DNA from: an uncultured Armatimonadetes bacterium | Lineage (GTDB): Bacteria > Armatimonadota > UBA5829 > DTJY01 | Direction: 5' to 3' | NCBI GenBank assembly: GCA_963717145.1 | Contig: OY970325.1 | Coordinates: 2,368,001 to 2,432,000 of the forward strand | DNA: 64,000 bases | Shown here: in pieces, positions 9,059 to 18,602 of the stretch | Layout of the letters: each line of letters starts with the position of its first letter | Position numbering within the stretch: the stretch's first letter is position 1 | Position numbers and translations under genes: made by a program | Notes under the pieces: generated by a model | The model's input: only the letters and a program-made list of their open reading frames with translations | Told to the model about the DNA's origin: nothing | Databases searched by the model: none

Positions 9059-9925
9059 CTACCCCGCGCGGCGGGCGATGACGGTGCGCCATTCGCCTTC
9101 CGAGGTGGTCTCGGCGATATCGAAGCCCGCATTCCTGAGCGCCTGCTCGACATCAAGAACCAGTTCCTCGATGATCCCTGACGCGATCAGTATGCCTCCG
9201 GTCCGGAGCACGCCGGCCATGACATCGACATTCTCGATGATCGTCCGCCCGATCAGATTCGCGGTCATCAGGTCGATCGACTGCCCGACGAACCGCAGGT
9301 TGTCGGTCTGATGGACTTCGATCCTGTCATCGACTCCGTTGGCCACCACGTTTTCCCTGGCGACCCGGACGGCAGTCTCATCGACATCGAAGGCGATCAC
9401 GAGGCCGGCCCCGAGCATGGCAGCCGCGATGGCCAGGATGCCTGAGCCGGTACCGAAGTCCACGACCCTGCTGCGCGGCCTGAGGTATTTCTCGAGCGCG
9501 ATGATGCAGAGCCTGGTCGTCGGGTGGAGGCCGGTGCCGAAAGCCATTCCGGGATCGAGCACGATCACCCGCTCGCCCTGCTTCGGGGCATATTCCTCCC
9601 ACGGCGGCCTGATCACGATCCGGCTGCCGGGCTTCGTGGCATGATAGAACGCCTTCCACGCCTCCGCCCAGTCCTCATCCTCCGCGTACTTGACGGTGAT
9701 CTCGCCGGGCCCTGAATCGAGGCCGAAATCGGGCAGTTCGCGAACCCTGCTGCGGATGACGAGCAGACGCTGCTCCAATTGGTCGTCCACGGGCAGGTAG
9801 CACTTGACGACGACAGGGGCTTCGCCTTCGATGGCAACGCCCCCGCATCCGGTCTCCATCATTATGTTCGACACCGCGTCTTCTGCCTGCGGTGTGGTGG
9901 TCACTTCGATATCAGCCCAACGCAT
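9059..9925 (-). CDS. prmA: 50S ribosomal protein L11 methyltransferase
   Basis: DWAEAWK, LDPGMAFGTGLHPTT, DFGTGSGILA; downstream of dnaJ. Confidence 0.95.
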   Translation of the reverse strand: MRWADIEVTTTPQAEDAVSNIMMETGCGGVAIEGEAPVVVKCYLPVDDQLEQRLLVIRSRVRELPDFGLDSGPGEITVKYAEDEDWAEAWKAFYHATKPGSRIVIRPPWEEYAPKQGERVIVLDPGMAFGTGLHPTTRLCIIALEKYLRPRSRVVDFGTGSGILAIAAAMLGAGLVIAFDVDETAVRVARENVVANGVDDRIEVHQTDNLRFVGQSIDLMTANLIGRTIIENVDVMAGVLRTGGILIASGIIEELVLDVEQALRNAGFDIAETTSEGEWRTVIARRAG

Positions 9926-10011
9926 GGCGGCCTCCGGCCGAGTACAAAGAATCGGAAGTACAAAGTACAAAGACAGCAAGAGCCGATCCTGTCGTCGGGG
10001 GATCGGTAGAG

Positions 10012-10071
10012 CCGTAGGGGAGGCCCTCAACGGCCTCCCGCTGGGCGGGCGTAGAAGCACCGCCCCTACGG
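10012..10071. repeat. GTAG-type REP doublet
   Basis: ccgtaggggaggcc..ggcctccc ... cgcccctacgg. Confidence 0.65.
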
Positions 10072-10073
10072 TG

Positions 10074-11219
10074 TCATTTTCCCAGCAGCTTGTCGATGAA
10101 GCCGCGTCCGCCGTCGGGATTGACCTCGATGCCGCTGGCCTTGGCGTATTCGGCGAGGAGCTTCTTCTGCTCGGCGCTCAGCTTCTTAGGCACTTCCAGA
10201 CGCACGGTCACATGCTGATCGCCCCTGCGACCATTGTGCAGGTTCGGCAGACCCTGGCCGTCGAGCCTGAACGACTCGCCCGGCTGCGTCCCATGAGGAA
10301 TATGGAGATTCTCGACTCCCCCGCCGATCGTCGGTACCTCGATCCGGTCGCCAAGTGTCGCCTGCACCAGGTTGATCGGAATCTCGGAGAAGAGGTCGTC
10401 GCCGTTACGCTGAAAGACATCGTGCGGCTTCACATACGTGACAACGTACAGGTCGCCGGCCGGACCGCCTCTCGCGCCGGAGTCTCCCTCGCCTCGAAGA
10501 CGCATCCGACTGCCATCCTCTATGCCTCCGGGAATGCGGATGGCCCGCTCGCTCGATTTGCGCGCCCTGCCCTCTCCGCCACAGACCTGACAGGGATCCT
10601 TGATCATGAAGCCTCGTCCCCGGCAGACGGGACATGGGACAACTGAGGAGATCGATCCGAGGATCGTGTGCTGGCTGTGTCTGACCTGACCGGCGCCCTG
10701 ACAGTGAGCGCAAGTCTCGGGCGCGGTTCCGGGGCGGACCCCGGAGCCGTCGCAGCTCTCGCAGCGCTCGTACTTCGCCAGCCGAAGGGTCTTCTCGACG
10801 CCCGTCGCGACCTCTTCCAGCGTAAGGGTCAAGTCGTAGCGGAGGTCCGCGCCGGCCTCTCCCACGCTTCTCCTGCCGGACGCACCACGCCCCTGGCCGC
10901 CGAAGAACATCTCGAAGATGTCGCCGAACCCACCGACGTCAGCGAAGCCGCCCTCGAACCCGAAGCCCGAGCCGGGACTGCGTCCGTTGGTATTAAGACC
11001 CTCGTGGCCGAAGCGGTCGTACGTCCCTCGTTTCTCGGGATCGCTGAGGACTCCATACGCCTCGTTGATCTCCTTGAAGTGGTTTTCGGCTTCGATATTG
11101 CTCTGATTGACGTCCGGGTGGTGCTTTCGAGCCAATCGGCGGTAGGCTTTCTTGATGTCCTCCGCCGATGCGCCCCTCTCCACGCCCAGAATCTCGTAAT
11201 AATCGCGCTTCACATGCAT
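10074..11219 (-). CDS. dnaJ: Molecular chaperone DnaJ
   Basis: J domain with HPD, G/F region, four CxxCxGxG zinc motifs. Confidence 0.98.
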   Translation of the reverse strand: MHVKRDYYEILGVERGASAEDIKKAYRRLARKHHPDVNQSNIEAENHFKEINEAYGVLSDPEKRGTYDRFGHEGLNTNGRSPGSGFGFEGGFADVGGFGDIFEMFFGGQGRGASGRRSVGEAGADLRYDLTLTLEEVATGVEKTLRLAKYERCESCDGSGVRPGTAPETCAHCQGAGQVRHSQHTILGSISSVVPCPVCRGRGFMIKDPCQVCGGEGRARKSSERAIRIPGGIEDGSRMRLRGEGDSGARGGPAGDLYVVTYVKPHDVFQRNGDDLFSEIPINLVQATLGDRIEVPTIGGGVENLHIPHGTQPGESFRLDGQGLPNLHNGRRGDQHVTVRLEVPKKLSAEQKKLLAEYAKASGIEVNPDGGRGFIDKLLGK

Positions 11220-11245
11220 GTCTTGCTATCAGCAGTCGAGGAAAA

Positions 11246-11738
11246 CTACTCCTCCACCCCCCGGTCGCCATTCTCAGGAATCGACAGCAGATCCTCGGGG
11301 TTCAGTTCGCCCTCGCCTTCCTCGTCCTCTTCCTCTTCTTCTTCCTCTACCTCATCGTCGCCGAGTTCCTGGAGTTCCTCGATGCCCAACTCGAGGATGC
11401 CGGCTTCGGCCTCTTCCTCTTCCGGCTCGATCTTCAACAACTCAGAGACAGGAGACGGTTGAGGTCGCTCGATCGGCCCGAGTCCGCGTCTCTCCCGCTC
11501 GGCGGCCTCGACCTGCTCGGCGGAGGGCAGGATGACGTTTACCTTGCCCGCTGCGATCTCTTCCATCGCGATCACGATGGGGTTGGTGGACTCGCTGTCC
11601 ACCATTATAGGCGAGCCCTCTCTGATCTGCTTCGCACGCTTAGCAACCGCGATAACTAATGAATATTTGCTGCCCACTTTTGTTCTCCACTCCGTCAGCC
11701 GACAGATTGAACGGCGTCGGCGAAATATGACCTTTCAC
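11246..11738 (-). CDS. rpoZ: RNA polymerase omega subunit with long acidic tail; probable +1 frameshift at 11678-11681 (ORF track start 11677)
   Basis: SKYSLVIAVAKRAKQI...NPIVIAMEEIAAGKV; upstream alternative frame reads ...LSADGVENK. Start position is uncertain. Confidence 0.85.
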
Positions 11739-11799
11739 CTGAGTGACACAACGAAAGCCTGTTACCTGCGCCACGAACCAGATGTCTCGGCAATATTAC

Positions 11800-11829
11800 A
11801 TTATAGTTCCCAAGATCGTCTGATGTCAA
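11800..11829 (-). promoter_or_regulatory. Sigma70 promoter for rpoZ-dnaJ-prmA
   Basis: TTGACA-18 nt-TATAAT on the minus strand. Confidence 0.7.
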
Positions 11830-12052
11830 TGGCTACACGATGAATGGGTGCATTTCCGCAGAGTGGGTCAGCCTCTCGTTATGCCACCAGAGTGGCTACT
11901 CGAGGAGAACGGTTGGGTGGTCTGCCGGACTCCACAGTCCCCAGCCCCCGTCTGGTCTCGAGTAGGTTTCTCTGGAAACCATAACGAGAGACGGTCGCCA
12001 CCCACTCAACTCCAATACACCCAGAGAAATCGCACGGCAAGCAAACTTTCAC

Positions 12053-12082
12053 TTGACATCATCGGCGGGCGGGCGTTAGAAT
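12053..12082 (+). promoter_or_regulatory. Sigma70 promoter of the cobalamin operon
   Basis: TTGACA-18 nt-TAGAAT directly upstream of the riboswitch. Confidence 0.65.
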
Positions 12083-12087
12083 ACGGT

Positions 12088-12278
12088 GGTTCACAACCTA
12101 ATATGTGCCAGTCGGGTATTTTGGGAAGCCGGTGAGAATCCGGCGCTGCCCCGCAACTGTAACCGCCGACGACGCGCGCAATACGCCACTGTCCTTCAAA
12201 AGGCCTCGAAACAATCATTCGAGGCCGGGATGGGAAGGCGCGCGCTGAGGATGACGCGGAAGCCAGGAGACCGGACCC
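12088..12278 (+). promoter_or_regulatory. Cobalamin (AdoCbl) riboswitch
   Basis: GGGAAGCCGGTGAGAATCCGGCGCTGCCCCGCAACTGT, GCCACTG, GGGAAGG, B12 box AGCCAGGAGACC; upstream of B12 genes. Confidence 0.95.
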
Positions 12279-12431
12279 GTGCTGGATCACGACACCACTT
12301 CGCGGGAAATGTGGTGCGGGTCAGTCGGCTTATCGACCATACTCTGCACCTCTGTCACGCAACGTGGCAGAGGTGTTGTCGTTTATGGAGCAGGTCCGAT
12401 CCCCGTGCCACGGAAAAAGGAGGGTCGGACA

Positions 12432-12998
12432 ATGCTATTCACCGGTCAAGGCGATGCAGGCTACACCAGCGTTATCGGCGGCGCGTCGCTCCTCAAATGC
12501 GACGTGCGCCTGGAAGCCCTCGGCGCCCTCGACGAAGCCCAGGCACACCTCGGTCTGGCGCGCGCCCTGGCGAGCACTCCAGCGGCGGACAGCCTCAAAC
12601 GCGTGCAGTCGGATCTGCGTCTCCTCATGGCAGACTGCGCCACTGTTCACAGCGAGGACACCGTTGTGGGAGACATCTCCAGGCTGCCATCCGCGCCCCG
12701 ATCGTATCTGACCGAGCAGCATGTGATGCGTCTCGAGGATGAGTTGGCATCCTGGGAGAAGAGCTTGGGCGGATTCCATCAACTCACGATCCCCGGCGAC
12801 ACACTGCTTGGCGCCCATCTGCATGTGGCGCGGACCGCGATTCGGCGGGCTGAACGTCAGGCGGTCGCCCTCGATCAGACCGGCGGCATCGACGGCCCGA
12901 CCGTCCTCACCTATCTCAACCGGCTGTCGTCGTGGGTCTATGCGCTGGCCACGATTGCGGAGTCCGAGAACGCCCTCCCTGCGGAGGTCGTGACATGA
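12432..12998 (+). CDS. PduO-type ATP:cob(I)alamin adenosyltransferase
   Basis: TGQGDAGYT, ALGALDEAQAHLG, HVARTAIRRAER, YLNRLSS. Confidence 0.85.
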   Translation: MLFTGQGDAGYTSVIGGASLLKCDVRLEALGALDEAQAHLGLARALASTPAADSLKRVQSDLRLLMADCATVHSEDTVVGDISRLPSAPRSYLTEQHVMRLEDELASWEKSLGGFHQLTIPGDTLLGAHLHVARTAIRRAERQAVALDQTGGIDGPTVLTYLNRLSSWVYALATIAESENALPAEVVT

Positions 12999-13066
12999 GA
13001 TCGGACCGGGCTGCCTGTGAACGTCTTCCGAACAACACAACGCAAAGGAGTATGACAGAAGCAACC

Positions 13067-14962
13067 ATGTTCAAGTTCCACCACTGGGGCGCCCTGATCG
13101 CCCTTGGAGCACTGCTGATCCTGCCCGTGAAGGCACAGGTCGAAACGACCGAACCGGCGGACATACCCGAGGAAGTAGTCGTCGTCACCGCTGAGAAGAC
13201 TGCTCAGCCGGCAAGCGAATCCATTGCATCCACCACCGTGGTCACCGCCAAGCAGATAAGAGAGCAGGGGGCACAGACCGTCGCCGATGTGCTGCGGCTC
13301 GTTCCGGGAGTTACTCTGCGACAATCGGGACCGATGGGATCCAACGCCGCCGCATCAGTTCGCGGAACCGGCGCCAACCAGGTCCTTGTATTGATGGATG
13401 GACAGCGAATCAGCAGCCCGGCCTTTGCAAACGCGGACATGTCGAAATTCCCAATTGCGAACGCAGCCCGAGTCGAAGTGATCCGCGGCCCGGTATCGAG
13501 TCTCTACGGTTCGCAGGCCACCGGCGGAGTCATCAACATCATTACGAGAAAGCCGACCGGCTCAGGGGGGAACGCGACGTTTTCGCTCGGCGCGAATGAT
13601 CGGGCAGACCGATCGCTTTCCTTGAACGGAGACGATGGGCGGATCTCGTGGCAGTTGGCAGGCGATTTCCCCGAATACTCCGGCCAGCGACCGAACAGCG
13701 ATTACTCTGCAACCAACGTGTCCGCAAGCGTCGGACTCCCGGCCGCAGAGGGATGGGAGATGTCACTCAGGGGCGAGAGCTACCGAGATTCGCTGGGACT
13801 GCCGGGCGCAGATCCAAGCCATAATGGCCGTGCTGACCTGGACGATCATATGTGGTGGGATAGGACGAATGTCGGCCTCTCACTGGAGAAAGAGATCGGC
13901 AGCGGTCGCTTTGAACTGCAGGCATACCGAATCGACCAGAAGCTTCACAACGAGGCGCCCGGACTGGACTTCTTCACAGGCGATCCAGTGGTGTTCGATT
14001 CGCGGATCAGCGGAGTCGCGGATGCTGTGGATCTTTCCTACCATGCGGCCAGGGGCGCACATGAACTGGTCTTCGGCGGGGAATACAGGAAGGACAAGTA
14101 CAGGGATATCGAAACCGGTCCCTATGGGGACACTGATCAGCAAGAGCACGTTTCGAACAACGCGCTGTTCGTGCAGGACCGCTGGAATATCAGTGAGAAG
14201 ACTGATGTTGTGTTCGGGGCTCGCATGGACTACCACTCGACGGCGGGGAGCAAGATCACCCCGCGCATGGGCGTCAACTACGCCATTGCCTCCGGTACCC
14301 GCATCAGGGCTTCGTATGCCGAGGGCTTCCGGGCGCCGAACTTCGTGGAGTTGTACTATCCGGCCACTTTCGGGCCAGGGTACAGCGGAAACCCGGACCT
14401 CAAGCCGGAAAAGAGTCGCCAGTATGAGATCGGCCTGAATATGCAGCATGGGAGCGATGCCCTTGACTTCACCATCTTCAACACAGCGGTAAGAGACTTG
14501 ATCCAGGCGACTTCCAGCACGCCACATGAGAACATCGGCCGGGCTCGCCAGCGCGGATTCGAGTTATCATGGGCGCGTCGGCTCACCGATTCCTCGAGCC
14601 TCAGCATGTCCTACACCTACGTCGATGCGAGTGATCTCGCAAAGGACGCGCGACTCCTGAGAGTGCCTCACAACCACGTAGCGGTGGCGATTTCAGGTCT
14701 CGTGAAGTCATGGAGGGTCGGCTTGACGGGCCGGTGGACAGACGACAGGCCGGACACGTCCTTCGACCCCGACACGTTTGCCTCGTCCAGCGTGATGGTC
14801 CCCGGGCGGGCGATCCTCGACCTTACGCTCACCAAGCAGGGTACCGGACGGACCAATCCGTACATTGTCATCCGCAACCTGTTCAATACATCATATGAGG
14901 AAGTGTACGGCTACCCGGCGGAAGGGATCAGCATCGAAGCCGGCATGCGCACGGGGTGGTAA
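13067..14962 (+). CDS. btuB: TonB-dependent cobalamin/cobinamide receptor (BtuB-like)
   Basis: Signal peptide, EEVVVVTA TonB box, plug motif RVEVIRGPVSSLYG..ATGGVINIIT, GNPDLKPEKS, C-terminal Trp; riboswitch context. Confidence 0.88.
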   Translation: MFKFHHWGALIALGALLILPVKAQVETTEPADIPEEVVVVTAEKTAQPASESIASTTVVTAKQIREQGAQTVADVLRLVPGVTLRQSGPMGSNAAASVRGTGANQVLVLMDGQRISSPAFANADMSKFPIANAARVEVIRGPVSSLYGSQATGGVINIITRKPTGSGGNATFSLGANDRADRSLSLNGDDGRISWQLAGDFPEYSGQRPNSDYSATNVSASVGLPAAEGWEMSLRGESYRDSLGLPGADPSHNGRADLDDHMWWDRTNVGLSLEKEIGSGRFELQAYRIDQKLHNEAPGLDFFTGDPVVFDSRISGVADAVDLSYHAARGAHELVFGGEYRKDKYRDIETGPYGDTDQQEHVSNNALFVQDRWNISEKTDVVFGARMDYHSTAGSKITPRMGVNYAIASGTRIRASYAEGFRAPNFVELYYPATFGPGYSGNPDLKPEKSRQYEIGLNMQHGSDALDFTIFNTAVRDLIQATSSTPHENIGRARQRGFELSWARRLTDSSSLSMSYTYVDASDLAKDARLLRVPHNHVAVAISGLVKSWRVGLTGRWTDDRPDTSFDPDTFASSSVMVPGRAILDLTLTKQGTGRTNPYIVIRNLFNTSYEEVYGYPAEGISIEAGMRTGW

Positions 14963-14988
14963 CTCCCCTGCTCGCAGAGGAGAGTCTG

Positions 14989-15015
14989 CTTGGCGTTCTT
15001 GGCATCTTGGCGGTT
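14989..15015 (-). repeat. CGCCAAG-type micro-repeat
   Basis: Reverse complement aaccgccaagatgccaagaacgccaag matches 25551-25577 at 25 of 27 nt. Confidence 0.8.
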
Positions 15016-15107
15016 CCATTGCGGATGTCGCCGCCGTGCAGAAAAACCCCCTCGGCCCGGAGGCCGGTCCCCCTTCGTAAGGGGGACATCTTGAAAGACA
15101 GGCACTC

Positions 15108-15650
15108 ATGGCGGATATCACTCTCATAACCGGAGGATGCAGGAGCGGGAAGAGCAGTCACGCCCAGAAGATGGCTGAGGATCTGCCCGGCCCGAGGGTG
15201 TACGTCGCCACATGCCCGCCGGTCGATGACGAGATAGAGTCACGCATCAGAAAGCATCGGGAGGGCCGCGACCCCATGAAGTGGAACACGGTCGAGGAGA
15301 CGCTCGACATTCCGTCAGTCCTGCGGAGCGAATCGGGACGGAGGGTGTTTCTCGTTGACTGCCTGGCGTTGTGGGTGAGCAACCTCATGTACGCCGCTCA
15401 GGTCGAGGGGCGCGACCTCACCGAGGAGGATATGGCGAACCGATGCGGAGAGTTGCTCGATGCCTGCGCCGAGATTGATGCCCGCGTCATCTTCGTCACC
15501 AACGAGGTCGGCGGGGGTATCGTGCCGGAGAACGCGGTGGCCCGACGCTATCGAGACCTGCTCGGACGGTGCAACCAGATTCTGGCACAAGAAGCGCGCA
15601 CGGCGATCATGATGGCGTGCGGCATACCGATCATCTTGAAAGAAGGTTAG
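15108..15650 (+). CDS. cobU: Adenosylcobinamide kinase / adenosylcobinamide-phosphate guanylyltransferase
   Basis: LITGGCRSGKS, YVAT, RIRKHR, LVDCLALWVSN, VTNEVGGGIVP. Confidence 0.95.
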   Translation: MADITLITGGCRSGKSSHAQKMAEDLPGPRVYVATCPPVDDEIESRIRKHREGRDPMKWNTVEETLDIPSVLRSESGRRVFLVDCLALWVSNLMYAAQVEGRDLTEEDMANRCGELLDACAEIDARVIFVTNEVGGGIVPENAVARRYRDLLGRCNQILAQEARTAIMMACGIPIILKEG

Positions 15651-15655
15651 ACAGC

Positions 15656-16720
15656 ATGTCCCTGCTACGGAAGACTATCGATTCGATAACACCACAGGAC
15701 GCGGAATGGCGCGCAAAGGCCGAGGAGCGGCTCTGCAAGCTGACGATGCCGCAGTGGGCGCTCGGGCGGCTGATGGACCTGGCGATCGATCTCGCCGGGA
15801 TCACACGCTCGCTCAACCCGCCGGTCCGGGAGCGGACCATCGTCGTCATGGCGGGCGACCACGGCGTGGCCGCCGAGGGTGTCAGCAAATACCCGCAGGA
15901 GGTGACGCTCCAGATGCTCGCCAACTTCGCGGCGGGCGGCGCGGGTGTGAATGCGCTGTGCCGAACCTGCGGCGACCGGGTGGTCGTCGTAGATATGGGG
16001 GTTGCCGGCGACACGTCCGAGATGGTGGCCTCAGGACAAGTGCTGGCGAGGCGGATCGGTTCGGGGACGGACAACATGGCGGTCGGGCCGGCAATGAGCA
16101 GAGAGGATGCCGTTCGCTCGATCGAGGCCGGCATCGAGATCGCGTATGAACTGGCCTCATCGACCGACATTTTCGGCGCGGGCGAGATGGGGATTGCCAA
16201 CACGACGCCGAGCAGTGCAATCATCGCCACTCTAGACAGCTCGAACGCCGTCGCGGTCGCCGGTCGTGGCACGGGTCTCGACGACGATCAGTTGAGGCGC
16301 AAGATCGAAGTCATCGAGAGAAGTCTGGCGACAAACCGCCCCGACCGCGAGGATGGGCTCGACATCCTGTCGAAGGTCGGCGGGTTCGAGATCGGCGGGA
16401 TCGCGGGCCTGATGCTCGGCGCGGCATCGCTCAGGAAGCCGATGCTCGTAGACGGCTTCATCTCGACCGCGGGCGCATTGATCGCGTGCAAGCTGGCTCC
16501 GTCGGCGGCGGACTATCTGATCGCCGCGCACTCCAGCGCCGAGCAGGGGCATCAAATCGCGCTCCGTCTGCTCGGCAAGGAGCCGCTGCTCGATCTGGGA
16601 TTGCGGCTCGGCGAAGGCACGGGGGCCGCGCTCGCGATGAACCTGGTCGACGCCGCCGCTCGGGTGCTCACTGAGGTCGCCACGTTCGAGGACGCGCAGG
16701 TTTCAGAGGCTGTGAGGTGA
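15656..16720 (+). CDS. cobT: Nicotinate-nucleotide--dimethylbenzimidazole phosphoribosyltransferase
   Basis: AGDHGVAAEGVS, GEMGIANTT, GRGTG, GGFEIGG, DGFIS, LRLGEGTGA. Confidence 0.96.
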   Translation: MSLLRKTIDSITPQDAEWRAKAEERLCKLTMPQWALGRLMDLAIDLAGITRSLNPPVRERTIVVMAGDHGVAAEGVSKYPQEVTLQMLANFAAGGAGVNALCRTCGDRVVVVDMGVAGDTSEMVASGQVLARRIGSGTDNMAVGPAMSREDAVRSIEAGIEIAYELASSTDIFGAGEMGIANTTPSSAIIATLDSSNAVAVAGRGTGLDDDQLRRKIEVIERSLATNRPDREDGLDILSKVGGFEIGGIAGLMLGAASLRKPMLVDGFISTAGALIACKLAPSAADYLIAAHSSAEQGHQIALRLLGKEPLLDLGLRLGEGTGAALAMNLVDAAARVLTEVATFEDAQVSEAVR

Positions 16721-17472
16721 GACCATTCTTCGCAGCGATCCGATTCCTGACGGTCATGCCGATACCGGAGTCATGGGCCGGCGGGGAAAAGGACCTCGCC
16801 CGAAGCACGCCGTTCTTCCCGGCGGTCGGATTGCTGATCGGAGCAATGATGGCGTTGGCGGACTACGGATTGCGCTGGGTGCTGCCGACGTTTCCTGCGA
16901 GTGTGATCGTGGTCATCGGCATGATCGCGATCTCGGGAGGCCTGCACCTCGACGGTCTGGCGGACACGGCGGACGGCGCGCTGAGTTCGCGGCCAAGGGA
17001 GCGGATTCTGGAGATCATGAAGGACAGCCGCACAGGGCCGATGGGCGTCGCGGCGGTGGTCTGCGTGGTCAGCCTGAAGATTGCGACATTGAGCGCCGTC
17101 CCTGCGCCGTTTCGGTCTGCGGCCATCCTGCTGATGCCGGTTGCCGGGCGGTTTGCCATAGTGATGATGATGTCCGTGCTCACCATCGCCAGGCACGAGG
17201 GGAGTCTTTCGTCGGTCTTCCTTCGAGATCGGTCAGCGCTGCAGATTGTGGTGGCAGTGGGGGTGCTTCTTGTGGTAGGCTGGATCGGCGCGAGTTGGAT
17301 GGGACTGACTGCGGGCGCGTTCTCGATCGCTGCGGGCCTTGTGTTCGCGGGCTACGTCCGAGGGAAGATCGGCGGGTTCACGGGCGATACCCTGGGAGCG
17401 GCTTGCGAGTTGGCGGAGATCGTTCCGGCGCTCGTGGCGGCAGCGTGGGCGCATGGGTTTGTCTCACCGTAG
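16717..17472 (+). CDS. cobS: Adenosylcobinamide-GDP ribazoletransferase (cobalamin synthase)
   Basis: GGLHLDGLADTADG, LEIMKDSRTG, GGFTGDTLGA; multi-TM. Confidence 0.96.
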   Translation: MRPFFAAIRFLTVMPIPESWAGGEKDLARSTPFFPAVGLLIGAMMALADYGLRWVLPTFPASVIVVIGMIAISGGLHLDGLADTADGALSSRPRERILEIMKDSRTGPMGVAAVVCVVSLKIATLSAVPAPFRSAAILLMPVAGRFAIVMMMSVLTIARHEGSLSSVFLRDRSALQIVVAVGVLLVVGWIGASWMGLTAGAFSIAAGLVFAGYVRGKIGGFTGDTLGAACELAEIVPALVAAAWAHGFVSP

Positions 17473-17495
17473 GCGGGTGCGAGTATAGGCAGGAT

Positions 17496-17574
17496 CCCTG
17501 ACGACTCCCGACGTCGGGGCCGGCCCGACGACGGGAGTCGTCAGGGGAGCAGGAGTATGAGTATGAGTATGAGT
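17496..17574. repeat. 23-bp-arm palindrome followed by GAGTAT hexamer repeat overlapping the exbB start
   Basis: ccctgacgactcccgacgtcggg / cccgacgacgggagtcgtcaggg, then gagcaggagtatgagtatgagtatgagt. Confidence 0.8.
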
Positions 17575-18135
17575 CTTGGGCAGATGGTGCATGATCCGGT
17601 GCTGATCGTCCTGGCGCTTGGGTCGCTGGTATCGTGGGCTTTGATCGCCGATTCCCTGATCGCGCTGATCCGCTCGGCACGGGCGGACATGCGATTCGCG
17701 CATGGCGACCGAACCTCGACCTCGCCTCTGTGCTGCCTCCACAGCGAGGTGCAGAGGCACGACGGTACCCCTCGCGATCACTTGCTGACAGTGCTCGATA
17801 CCTCTATGGTCCTCCAGCGACAGAAGCTGGAGCGCGGGCTTCCCCTTCTCGGCGCGATAGGCAGCACGGCTCCGTACGTCGGGCTGCTCGGGACGGTCAT
17901 CGGGATCATTCAGGCATTCCAGGCCATCCAGGCGCAGAACAACATGAGCCCGTCGATCGTAGCGGGAGGAATCGCAACGGCGCTCATCGCAACGGCGATG
18001 GGCCTCGCGGTGGCGATCCCGGCGGTGGCGGCGCACCATCTGCTATCGTCTGCGATCAGCCGGCGGACAGCACAATGGGAGGCAATCGCGGCGGAGTGGC
18101 TGGCCGTCCTTCGGCGGGAAGGAGGCCGAACGTGA
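17557..18135 (+). CDS. exbB: MotA/TolQ/ExbB proton channel protein (short form)
   Basis: LGAIGSTAPYVGLLGTVIGII, GIATALIATAMGLAVAIPA. Confidence 0.9.
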   Translation: MSMSMSLGQMVHDPVLIVLALGSLVSWALIADSLIALIRSARADMRFAHGDRTSTSPLCCLHSEVQRHDGTPRDHLLTVLDTSMVLQRQKLERGLPLLGAIGSTAPYVGLLGTVIGIIQAFQAIQAQNNMSPSIVAGGIATALIATAMGLAVAIPAVAAHHLLSSAISRRTAQWEAIAAEWLAVLRREGGRT

Positions 18136-18602
18136 GTCTCTCCCGCTCGCGTAGGACCGAATCAGCGCCGAGGGTCGAGATCAACGTCGTCCCGCTGGTG
18201 GACGTATCGCTCGTGCTTCTGATCATCTTCATGGTCACAGCGACCTTCATCAAGGGCGCGGGCATGAGCATCCAGCTACCATCTTCGTCGGCGGCGCACG
18301 TTTCACAGCAGGCAAAGCGGGAACTGGTGATCGGCATCGATGCGACCGGCGGCTTCCTTTGGGACGGAGCACCGGTCAGCGACTCCGAACTCGCCGGCCT
18401 GCTCGGAAACGATGCACGGGAGAGCGGTATCGAGAGCAGAATCACCATTCGAGGCGACTCCCGGGCGGAGCACGGTCGGGTGGTTCGAGCGATGACTTTG
18501 GCACAGGAAGCCGGGTTCTCGCATCTTGTCATCGCGGTACGTCCTTCGATACACGCCCAGAGGCGCACTCAGGAGGAGGCAAGTGGGGATGCACTCCGCT
18601 AG
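18132..18602 (+). CDS. exbD: ExbD/TolR biopolymer transport protein
   Basis: EINVVPLVDVSLVLLIIFMVT, IRGDSRA; GTGA coupling to exbB. Confidence 0.92.
   Translation: MSLSRSRRTESAPRVEINVVPLVDVSLVLLIIFMVTATFIKGAGMSIQLPSSSAAHVSQQAKRELVIGIDATGGFLWDGAPVSDSELAGLLGNDARESGIESRITIRGDSRAEHGRVVRAMTLAQEAGFSHLVIAVRPSIHAQRRTQEEASGDALR

Noticed and set aside
17469-17472. cobS stop codon supplied by a REP GTAG
   Set aside because: GTAG is present, but the adjacent palindrome starts 24 nt later and has no matching CTAC end.
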